From assembly GCA_022426245.1 (NCBI GenBank), contig JAKMDW010000075.1:660-64659 (forward strand): DNA of 64,000 nucleotides. The letters run 5' to 3'. This DNA is from Alphaproteobacteria bacterium. Lineage in GTDB: Bacteria; Pseudomonadota; Alphaproteobacteria; RS24. Every line of letters starts with the position of its first letter. Position 1 is the stretch's first letter. Below are positions 1 through 11,839 of this stretch, piece after piece. The notes under the pieces are model-generated. The model did no database searches. It worked only from the letters and a program-made list of their open reading frames with translations, and was not told where the DNA came from. The translations under genes and the position numbers were made by a program.

Positions 1-1069
1 AACGCAGGGCTTGGGCAAAAGCATCGACGTCGTGATGGTCGGGCACATAGCCCGCCTCAATATGCACCTGCGCCAGCTTTTTATAATCGCGGGTGATGAA
101 GCCGTGCAAAATCTCAGCCAGAAAACGGCGGCTGTCATTATCAAGCCGCCCGCAAATGCCGAGGTCAATCGCGATAATTGTGCCGTCTTCACCAATCAGC
201 AAATTGCCCTGATGCATATCGGCATGAAAAAACCCGTCGCGCAAAACCAGCGTCAGAAAAATTTGCAAAAGCCGCACGGCAAGGTCTGATAAATCATGAC
301 CGGCGGCACGCAGGGCATCGACATTTGAGGCTTTAACGCCATCGACCCATTGCATGGTCAAAACGCGTCGGCCACTGGCTTCCCAAAACAATTTGGGCAC
401 GCGAAAGCCTTTCATATCGCCGATATTCTCTGCCATTTCAGACAGCGCGGCCGCTTCCATGCGCAAATCGGTTTCGCCATTTATCGAGCGGGCGAGAATT
501 TCAATACTGTCCACCGGGCGCAAACGCCGCGTCACCGGGAAATATTTTTCAGCCATTTTGGCCAGTCGCGCCAAGAGCGCCAATTCGGAGGCGAGGCGCA
601 GTTCAACATCGGGACGCAAAATTTTAACGGCCAGTTTCTCGCCCGTTTCCGCGTGCACGGCTTGGTGCACTTGCGCGACAGAGGCGGCGGCAATCGGCGC
701 GCTTAATTGGGTGATAACGCGATCTGGCGCATCAAGCTCGGCGGCCAAAATGCGCCGCACTTGTTTGTCGCTAAAGGGCGGTAATTGGTCTTGTAGAAAG
801 GTCAGGTCATGAGCCATAGCCGGGCCGATAATATCGGGCCGTGTGGCCAAAAATTGCCCCAGCTTAATATAAGTCGGCCCAAGCTTGCGAATGCGGTCAG
901 ATAATTTAAGGCCACGATTATCCTCGCGAAAGCGGGGTGCCAGAAAGGTAAAAACCCGCCGCGCCAGCCTGATGCGCAGGGGCGCATCGGTGAAAAAGCC
1001 GGGCGGCAAAAGCGCATCTTGAGCCAGCAATAACCGCGCCATGGCCAGCAATCGAAAGAACCGCCGCAT
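1..1069 (-). CDS. ubiB: UbiB/AarF atypical kinase (2-polyprenylphenol 6-hydroxylase accessory), runs off the window edge
   Basis: Not in the ORF track. Hand translation from ATG at 1069 (TAATG overlap with the ubiE stop) gives MRRFFRLLAMARLL...KLGPTYIKLGQFLATRPDIIG, the UbiB KxGQ motif; lies directly downstream of ubiE. Confidence 0.93.
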   Translation of the reverse strand, partial: MRRFFRLLAMARLLLAQDALLPPGFFTDAPLRIRLARRVFTFLAPRFREDNRGLKLSDRIRKLGPTYIKLGQFLATRPDIIGPAMAHDLTFLQDQLPPFSDKQVRRILAAELDAPDRVITQLSAPIAAASVAQVHQAVHAETGEKLAVKILRPDVELRLASELALLARLAKMAEKYFPVTRRLRPVDSIEILARSINGETDLRMEAAALSEMAENIGDMKGFRVPKLFWEASGRRVLTMQWVDGVKASNVDALRAAGHDLSDLAVRLLQIFLTLVLRDGFFHADMHQGNLLIGEDGTIIAIDLGICGRLDNDSRRFLAEILHGFITRDYKKLAQVHIEAGYVPDHHDVDAFAQALR

Positions 1070-1875
1070 TATAAACGCCATCCCATATGAAGCGCCGCAA
1101 TGCCGCCGCTCAAAAGCTGGGCCTCGGCACGGGCAAAACCGGCCGCCTCAACCTCGCCCAGAAACGCATTTGCGGTTGGAAAGCGACGAATGCTCTCGAC
1201 CAAATATTGATAGGCGTCGCGCTCGCCGGCGACCAGTGCGCCCATTGGCGGGATAAGGGTGAAGCTATAAGCGTCATAGGCTTTTTGCAAAACCGCGCTG
1301 GGCATATGCGAAAATTCCAAACAGACAAATCGGCCACCCGGGCGCAGCACGCGATGGGCCTCTTGCAGAGCGGCGGCGCGATCCGTGACATTGCGAATAC
1401 CGAAGGCAATGGTCAGCATATCGGCAGAGGCATCGGGCAATGGCAATTGTTCGGCAATGCCCGTGGTGAAATGCATATTATTGGCCTGCTGCATATTCTC
1501 CTGAACAGCTTGGCGTTTGCGACCTGCCTTCATCATCTCGGCATTGGCGTCAATAATATGGGCGTCCAGCGATGCGCCCAGCCTGCGCGCGCGGGCCTGG
1601 GCGCGCAGCGCAATGTCGCCCGTGCCGCCGGCCACATCGACAAGCTGCAATGTCGTATGCGGGCGCATATAAAGCGCGTAAATCATGCGGGCTTTCCAGA
1701 GGCGGTGCAGGCCGCCGGACATGACATCATTCATCACATCATATTTATCGGCAACCGCATCAAATACGCCGCGCACAAGCCCCTGCTTGTCATTGCGCGC
1801 CACGTCGCGAAAACCAAAATCAATGGTTTCAGCGTCTTGTTGGGTTTGGTGTTCGGTTTTGTCTGCCGTGCTCAC
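1069..1875 (-). CDS. ubiE: Ubiquinone/menaquinone C-methyltransferase UbiE
   Basis: FGF...VFDAVADKYDVMNDVMSGGLHRLWK, DVAGGTGD SAM motif, AFGIRNVTD, YQYLVESIRRFP. Confidence 0.96.
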   Translation of the reverse strand: MSTADKTEHQTQQDAETIDFGFRDVARNDKQGLVRGVFDAVADKYDVMNDVMSGGLHRLWKARMIYALYMRPHTTLQLVDVAGGTGDIALRAQARARRLGASLDAHIIDANAEMMKAGRKRQAVQENMQQANNMHFTTGIAEQLPLPDASADMLTIAFGIRNVTDRAAALQEAHRVLRPGGRFVCLEFSHMPSAVLQKAYDAYSFTLIPPMGALVAGERDAYQYLVESIRRFPTANAFLGEVEAAGFARAEAQLLSGGIAALHMGWRL

Positions 1876-1879
1876 AATA

Positions 1880-1935
1880 TGCTGCCTGATTTATGCTGCC
1901 TGATTTAAGCCGCCTAATTTATGCCGCCTAATCTC
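1880..1935. repeat. Four degenerate 14-bp tandem repeats (TGCTGCCTGATTTA-like) immediately upstream of the ubiE start
   Basis: tgctgcctgattta / tgctgcctgattta / agccgcctaattta / tgccgcctaatctc. Confidence 0.85.
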
Positions 1936-2026
1936 AAGCGGGCTCACTGCGTCGCGACGATAGCCCATTGGGGGCGCTAAATCCATGCACTGTTTACGGT
2001 TTTTCAGCGCTTCCGGTTTTTGCTGC

Positions 2027-2054
2027 TTGCGTCATGCCTATCGCCGCCTATGAT
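2027..2054 (+). promoter_or_regulatory. Putative sigma70 promoter giving a leaderless mutM mRNA
   Basis: TTGCGT-N16-TATGAT, ending 7 nt before ATG 2062; no SD upstream of the ATG. Confidence 0.5.
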
Positions 2055-2061
2055 GGCAGCC

Positions 2062-2973
2062 ATGCCTGAATTGCCAGAAGTCGAAACCGTGCGCCGTGGG
2101 CTTGCTCCACATATTGAAGGGCGGCGGATTAAGCGGCTGACCCTCAATCGACCCAATTTGCGGTTTCCGTTTCCGAAAAATTTTGCGGCCCATATGGAGG
2201 GCGCAAAGCTGGTTCATTTTGCCCGCCGCGCCAAATATTTGCTGGCCGAAATGCAGAGCGTGAAAGGCGAGACATTTTACTGGCTCAGCCATTTGGGCAT
2301 GACGGGGCGGTTTATCCTGACCCCTCCCGATAATGACAAGCCCCATGATGTTAAGCCCGATGGTAAAAATAAAACGCCGGGTGTTTTCGCGCATGGGCTG
2401 GCCGCGCCAGTGGCCGAAAAACATATTCATGTTGAAATGGATTTTGACGATGGCACGCATTTGGCTTTTGCCGATCCGCGCCGTTTCGGCTTTATGGACA
2501 TGATTGATAAGACCGCGGGCAATTCACCGTTTTTGGCGCGACTTGGCCCGGAGCCCTTAGGCAATGATTTTAATGAAACGGTTTTGCTGGCGGCGGCGCA
2601 TGGCCGCCAGACGCCGGTCAAAAATTTTCTGCTCGACCAAAGCGTGGTTGCCGGATTGGGCAATATATATGTCTGTGAGGCTTTGTTTATGGCCGGCATT
2701 AGCCCGCGCCGCAAAGCTGCCAATTTAGGCGCAAAGCGACTGGCTCGGCTGGTGCCTGCGATACGCGATGTGCTGGCCCGTGCGATTGAGGCGGGCGGTT
2801 CGACTTTGCGCGATTTCGCGCATGAGGACGGGGCGATGGGTTATTTCCAGCTTGACTTCAAAGTCTATGGGCGCGCCGGTGAAATCTGTTCAGCCGCGCA
2901 TTGTTCTGCTACTGTGCTCCGACTGGTGCAATCGGGGCGCTCAAGCTTTTATTGCCCCACCTGCCAGCGCTGA
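2062..2973 (+). CDS. mutM: Formamidopyrimidine-DNA glycosylase / AP lyase
   Basis: Starts MPELPEVE; HLGMTG; GLGNIY (H2TH); C-terminal zinc finger C..C...CPTCQ. Start moved to ATG 2062. Confidence 0.97.
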   Translation: MPELPEVETVRRGLAPHIEGRRIKRLTLNRPNLRFPFPKNFAAHMEGAKLVHFARRAKYLLAEMQSVKGETFYWLSHLGMTGRFILTPPDNDKPHDVKPDGKNKTPGVFAHGLAAPVAEKHIHVEMDFDDGTHLAFADPRRFGFMDMIDKTAGNSPFLARLGPEPLGNDFNETVLLAAAHGRQTPVKNFLLDQSVVAGLGNIYVCEALFMAGISPRRKAANLGAKRLARLVPAIRDVLARAIEAGGSTLRDFAHEDGAMGYFQLDFKVYGRAGEICSAAHCSATVLRLVQSGRSSFYCPTCQR

Positions 2974-3003
2974 TAATTTTGCCGACGCTGATAATAAAGG
3001 GAC

Positions 3004-3441
3004 ATGAAAGCTCGCATGCAGATTTTTCACCGTATTTTAATCGGCTTTGGGCTGGCATTCACCACTATCTTCGGGTCGATTGCCTTCGGGTCGATTGTCT
3101 TCGGGGCACCATATGCGGCGCACGCATCCGATTATCTATCCATGCTGGGCGATGTGCCGCTGGCTGAAGGGCTGGTGGAATTGCCCGAAGCCGGGGTTGT
3201 TTTCGACAAGCCGCAAGGGCGTATTGTGCAAATGACGGCAACCCATAATCGTCACATTACCCAAGAAAACCTGATTGCATTCTATGCGCGCAGTCTACCC
3301 AATTTGGGCTGGCGCGCGCGCGATGCGGACCAAGCGCAGGCAAACGGCATCTTGACTTTTGCCCGTCAGGGGGAAATTCTGCGACTTACATTTTCGGCTG
3401 ATTTGGTAATTTTTGACCTCACCCCGATCAGCAACCCATAA
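3004..3441 (+). CDS. Hypothetical exported/membrane-anchored protein
   Basis: Hydrophobic N-terminus, then DVPLAEGL.E...VVFDKPQGRIV...FYARSLPNLGW; in the mutM-echA run. Confidence 0.7.
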   Translation: MKARMQIFHRILIGFGLAFTTIFGSIAFGSIVFGAPYAAHASDYLSMLGDVPLAEGLVELPEAGVVFDKPQGRIVQMTATHNRHITQENLIAFYARSLPNLGWRARDADQAQANGILTFARQGEILRLTFSADLVIFDLTPISNP

Positions 3442-3467
3442 GCGCCGATGAGGCAGGGAGCCACGCC

Positions 3468-4244
3468 ATGAAATATGAGAACATTTTGGTCGAGCGCCGC
3501 GACAATGTCGGGCTGATGACGCTGCACCGTCCGCAAGCGTTAAACGCTCTTTGCGGCCCGCTCATGGATGAGCTGACCCACGCGATTGAGGGTTTTGACG
3601 CCGATGACGCGATTGGCTGCATGGTATTGACCGGCTCGGACAAAGCCTTTGCCGCCGGTGCCGATATTAAAGAAATGTCGGGTAAATCTTATATTGATGT
3701 CATGCGCGAGGATTTCATCACCGCCAATTGGGAGGCGGCGGCGAAAGCTCGCAAGCCGATTATCGCCGCGGTTTCGGGTTATGCGTTGGGCGGCGGGTGC
3801 GAATTGGCCATGATGTGCGATTTTATATTGGCTGCCGAAAACGCCAAATTTGGCCAGCCGGAGATTAATCTCGGTGTTATTCCGGGGGCCGGCGGCACGC
3901 AACGTCTGACGCGGTTTGTCGGCAAATCAAAAGCCATGGAAATGTGTCTGACCGGCCGCATGATGGACGCGGCTGAAGCGGAACGCTGCGGCCTCGTCTC
4001 GCGCATTGTCGAGGATGGTAAGCTGCTTGATGAGGCGGTTGAGGTGGCGCAGAAAATTGCCGAAAAATCACTGCCATCGGTTCTGACGGCGAAGGAATGC
4101 GTCAATGTCGCTTATGAAACAGGCCTCAGAGAAGGGGTGCATTATGAGCGCCGCGTGTTTCATGCGCTGTTTTCTTTTGAGGACCAAAAAGAGGGCATGG
4201 CGGCCTTTGTTGAAAAGCGGCAACCGAAATTTACCAATAAATAA
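3468..4244 (+). CDS. Enoyl-CoA hydratase (crotonase)
   Basis: AFAAGADIKEM, GGGCELAMMCD, FGQPEINLG..PGAGGTQRL; RBS GGGAG. Confidence 0.95.
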   Translation: MKYENILVERRDNVGLMTLHRPQALNALCGPLMDELTHAIEGFDADDAIGCMVLTGSDKAFAAGADIKEMSGKSYIDVMREDFITANWEAAAKARKPIIAAVSGYALGGGCELAMMCDFILAAENAKFGQPEINLGVIPGAGGTQRLTRFVGKSKAMEMCLTGRMMDAAEAERCGLVSRIVEDGKLLDEAVEVAQKIAEKSLPSVLTAKECVNVAYETGLREGVHYERRVFHALFSFEDQKEGMAAFVEKRQPKFTNK

Positions 4245-4321
4245 GGCCGGGCGTTCACCGCTGCACCGCGCGGCGGTAGACCCGCCCATTCTATTGGTTT
4301 TGCTCCGTGCACTTAATTGTG

Positions 4322-4350
4322 TTGACGGCGCGCGCTTACGCTCCTATAAC
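4322..4350 (+). promoter_or_regulatory. sigma70 promoter of rpsT
   Basis: TTGACG-N17-TATAAC followed by GC-rich discriminator GCGCC. Confidence 0.75.
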
Positions 4351-4382
4351 GCGCCGAACTGTTAGAAAACGGGAAAAGATTG

Positions 4383-4646
4383 ATGGCCAATACAAGCTCA
4401 GCCAAAAAGATGGTGCGTAAGATTGAACGCCGCACGGCGCGTAATCGCGACCAGAAAACCAAAATGCGTACTTTTATCCGTCGTGTTGATGAAGCTATTT
4501 CCGGTGGTGATAAAGCAGGTGCCGAAACCGCCTTGCGGGCGGCCCAGCCGATGATTGCGCGTGCCGGTCAAAAAGGCCTGATGCATAAAAAGACAGCCTC
4601 GCGCAAAATTTCGCGCCTGTCGAAACGTATCAGCGCCATCGTTTAA
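4383..4646 (+). CDS. rpsT: 30S ribosomal protein S20
   Basis: [13 protein letters not shown]...[12 protein letters not shown]; canonical position upstream of dnaA. Confidence 0.97.
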   Translation: MANTSSAKKMVRKIERRTARNRDQKTKMRTFIRRVDEAISGGDKAGAETALRAAQPMIARAGQKGLMHKKTASRKISRLSKRISAIV

Positions 4647-4697
4647 TTGAGCCTTGTGTTAAGCCGCTCAATGCGGCTTATCGGCTTTGAAGTTTGA

Positions 4698-4732
4698 GAA
4701 AAAGCCCGTCGGAAATTCCGGCGGGCTTTTTT
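4698..4732 (+). terminator. Intrinsic terminator after rpsT
   Basis: GAAAAA GCCCGTCGGA aat TCCGGCGGGC TTTTTT. Confidence 0.85.
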
Positions 4733-4800
4733 CATTTTCTGCGATTCGAAAAAAAATTATAAAAAATGCAAAAAAAGCCGCTGTTCTCATTTTCTTCCCG

Positions 4801-4829
4801 TTGCCAGACCTCGCCCTTATTTGTAGTGT
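4801..4829 (+). promoter_or_regulatory. Candidate dnaA promoter
   Basis: TTGCCA-N17-TAGTGT preceded by A-tracts (4749-4777); GANTC sites at 4743, 4869, 4880. Confidence 0.45.
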
Positions 4830-5201
4830 CAAAAAGTCGCTGAAACCCGCAGTTTGGCTTGTTTTTTGGACTCAGTCCGGATTCACAAATAAAACACCTT
4901 TGAAAACAGTGGGCTAGGTGACAGAGGGAAATCTTTCTGACCGCTTTAGATACTTTCGGGTCATCTATTGGTCGGGGGAGGAGCTGACCGGATTTCGTTA
5001 AAGGCCGTGTGGTGGCTGGTAAATCCTTTGGGAGTGTCTCGCTTCTTCGCCATTTGGCTTTCGAGCATCGGTTCATGTCGTTATGGGCCTGCCATTTGTT
5101 AGACCCTGCATAAAAGGCCAATGGCACGGTTTTCGCGTTGCTATGGGTTCGGTGAAATATTTAGCGCGGTCTTTTGAAGGAACGCGAGACAGGGAACGAA
5201 A

Positions 5202-6722
5202 ATGGCGGATGCCACCGATAAGGCCGACAAAGAAAAAGATAAGTTTTCCGATCGGGCAGATCTGACGGATACTCAGGACAGCTCCAAAAATGAAGCGATG
5301 GAGGTGCTGAATGCGCAATGGCATAAAGTGCGCTCGCGCTTACGTGCCGAACTTGGCGAAGCAACATTCAATAGCTGGTTCAAATTGCTAGAGGTTGCCG
5401 GCACGCAAAAAGGCCGGGTGATTTTGCATGTGCCGACCCGCTTTGTGCGCAGCTGGATTGAGGCACATTATCTGACGCGCATTCGCGACCATTGGAAATC
5501 AGAAGACGCCTCTATTCGGCGTATTGATATTGAGTTGAAACCCGAATGGGTTCCGGCCGATAAAAAACCGGAAGTGCGTGAGCAAAAAGCTGTGCCACCG
5601 CGCCGCGCGGTTCAGCCTGCCGCGCCGCGTGCGCCAATGCCGGAAATGCCCGAAGCCACCGGTCGCGATGATTTGGGCGCGCCGCTTGACCCGCGTTTTA
5701 CATTTGAAAATTTCATCGTCGGTAAATCGAATGAGCTGGCGCATGCCGCGGCGCACCGTCTTGCTGAGGGCAATGGGGTCGCTTTCAATCCGCTGTTTCT
5801 TTATGGCGGCGTGGGTTTGGGCAAAACCCATTTAATGCATGCCATTGCATGGGAAATACGCCGCCGCGCGCCGGAACGCACAGTGCTTTATTTATCGGCT
5901 GAAAAATTCATGTATCAGTTTATTCGCGCCCTGCGCTTTAAGGATACGGTCGCCTTTAAGCAGCAATTCCGCGAAGTCGATGTGCTGATGATTGACGATA
6001 TTCAGTTTATTGCAGGCAAGGATTCAACGCAGGAAGAGTTTTTCCATACATTTAATGCGCTGACCGACCATAACCGCCAAGTGATTGTCTCGGCTGACCG
6101 CTCGCCGACCGATTTGGAAGGCATTGAGGAGCGCATTCGCTCGCGTCTGGGATGGGGCCTGGTGGCTGATATTCACCCGACAGATTATGAATTGCGCTTG
6201 GGCATTTTGCAGGCCAAAGCCGAGTCCCTGTCGCGCCGCACCGATGGCAGCACCGATGCCACACGCATACCCCAACCGGTGCTGGAGTTTTTGGCGCAGC
6301 GCATCATCACCAATATTCGTGAACTGGAAGGCGCGTTGAACCGGGTCATTGCCTATTCGAGTTTTGTCGGGCGCCCGATTACTTTGGAAATGGCACAAGA
6401 CGTGTTGCGCGATTTGTTGCGCGCCTCTGACCGTCGCGTGACGATTGATGAAATCCAGCGTCGCGTGGCCGAATATTTCAATGTCAAAATGGGCGACATG
6501 CTGTCGGCGCGCCGGGCGCGTTCGGTTGCTCGCCCGCGCCAAATCGCAATGTATTTGTCGAAGCAATTAACGACGCGTTCATTGCCTGAGATTGGCCGCA
6601 AATTCGGTGGGCGTGACCATACGACGGTCATTCACGCCGTGCGCAAAATCGAACAATTACGCGATGAGGATCCGGCCCTTGATGAGGATGTCGACCTGTT
6701 GCGCCGCATGCTGGAAAACTAA
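5202..6722 (+). CDS. dnaA: Chromosomal replication initiator DnaA
   Basis: FNPLFLYGGVGLGKTHL, DDIQF, IRELEGAL, domain IV RPRQIAMYL...GGRDHTTV. Confidence 0.99.
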   Translation: MADATDKADKEKDKFSDRADLTDTQDSSKNEAMEVLNAQWHKVRSRLRAELGEATFNSWFKLLEVAGTQKGRVILHVPTRFVRSWIEAHYLTRIRDHWKSEDASIRRIDIELKPEWVPADKKPEVREQKAVPPRRAVQPAAPRAPMPEMPEATGRDDLGAPLDPRFTFENFIVGKSNELAHAAAHRLAEGNGVAFNPLFLYGGVGLGKTHLMHAIAWEIRRRAPERTVLYLSAEKFMYQFIRALRFKDTVAFKQQFREVDVLMIDDIQFIAGKDSTQEEFFHTFNALTDHNRQVIVSADRSPTDLEGIEERIRSRLGWGLVADIHPTDYELRLGILQAKAESLSRRTDGSTDATRIPQPVLEFLAQRIITNIRELEGALNRVIAYSSFVGRPITLEMAQDVLRDLLRASDRRVTIDEIQRRVAEYFNVKMGDMLSARRARSVARPRQIAMYLSKQLTTRSLPEIGRKFGGRDHTTVIHAVRKIEQLRDEDPALDEDVDLLRRMLEN

Positions 6723-7019
6723 GTAAGCGCAGGTCATTTCAACGGCCGGCTTGAGGCCGGCTGCGCGCCTGTTTTTACGCTTGGGGGAAAGCGCTGTGAG
6801 GGGTAAAAAAACTACCCCTCAGCGCCCCTGTTTCTGCTATATTTTTGACAAGAGATTCGCTGTTTTTGCGGTGGTTTCAATTCGCCCTTAAGTGCTTTTT
6901 ATTTGGCTGTTTGAAATCGTTCACAAAACCGCTGGGGCGGGTCGTAAAGCATTAGAAAGCCATTGGGTGTTAACAAGCCGGATTGTTTTTAAAAAAAATG
7001 AAGACGGAGATAGGGTGAC

Positions 7020-8137
7020 ATGAAAACCATAATTGAACGCAGCGATTTGTTAAAAGCGCTCAACCATGTGCAAAGCGTCGTCGAACGCCGCAATACCATC
7101 CCCATTCTCTCCAATGTTTTGCTGGAAGCCGATAATGGCGTGCTTTCCCTGACCGCGACTGATTTGGAAATTGAAATGCGCGAACGCGTTGAGGCGGAGA
7201 TTGTGCAGCCCGGGGCGATCACCGCACCGGCGCATATGCTTTACGATATTGTCCGTAAATTGCCCGATGGGGCGCAGGTTGAATTGGCGACCGATGAAAC
7301 CGGTGGGCGGCTTAATTTGGTGGCCGGCAAGTCGGCCTTTACGCTGCAAGCCCTGCCGCGCGAAGATTTTCCGGCTATGGCACAAGATGAAATGCCCGTC
7401 GCCTTCGCCTTGCCGGTTGGTGATTTACGCCGCCTGATTGATAAGACGCGCTTTGCCATTTCGGTCGAAGAAACACGTTATTATTTAAACGGTATTTATC
7501 TGCATGTGCTGGAAGAGGGCGGCAGCAATTTGCTTCGCGCCGTGGCGACAGACGGTCACCGTTTGGCGCGTGTTGATATGGGGCAACCAGTGGGTGCTGA
7601 TGCCATGCCGGCCGTCATTATTCCGCGCAAAACCGTTGGCGAAGTGCAAAAGCTGCTCGAGGAGGCTGAGGGCGAGGTGTCCTTGCAGGTTTCCGAGACG
7701 AAAATTAATTTCGCTTTTGCCGAGATTGTCCTGACCTCGAAACTGATTGATGGCAAGTTCCCCGATTACACCCGGGTTATCCCTTCAGATAATGACAAAA
7801 TGCTGAAATTGGACGCCAAAAGTTTTGCGCAAAGCGTTGACCGCGTCTCGGCCATTTCGAGCGAGAAATCCCGCGCCGTTAAATTGGCGCTCGACAAAGA
7901 CAGCCTTGCCTTGTCGGTCTCCAACCCTGATAGCGGTTCGGCCAATGATGAGCTCAGCGTGTCTTATGGTGCCGATGCGATGGAAATTGGGTTTAACGCA
8001 CGCTATTTGATGGATATTACCGGCCAGTTGGACGGCGAGACGGCAACCTTTGAGCTGGCCGATAGCGGGTCACCGACGCTGGTGCGCGATGATGAAGACG
8101 GCCAAGCCCTTTATGTCCTTATGCCGATGCGGGTGTA

Positions 8138-8138
<1 letters not shown>
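7020..8138 (+). CDS. dnaN: DNA polymerase III beta sliding clamp
   Basis: ERRNTIPILSNV, ETRYYLNG, ATDGHRLA, C-terminal VLMPMRV. Confidence 0.99.
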
Positions 8139-11808
<3,670 letters not shown>

Positions 11809-11839
11809 GCACACAGGTTAGTTTGTTGCGGGAACGCGA

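Noticed and set aside
802-1100. Short minus-strand ORFs suggesting a frameshifted ubiB pseudogene
   Set aside because: They are alternative frames; the true frame from ATG 1069 reads through the KxGQ motif and is missing from the track apparently because its stop is outside the window.
1880-1935. CRISPR array or iteron interpretation of the tandem repeats
   Set aside because: Units are 12-16 bp, contiguous, without unique spacers; no cas or rep gene nearby.
4647-7019. oriC in the spacers flanking dnaA
   Set aside because: No consensus DnaA box (TTATCCACA or TGATCCACA) seen; best hits such as GGATTCACA are too degenerate, and alphaproteobacterial origins are often unlinked to dnaA.
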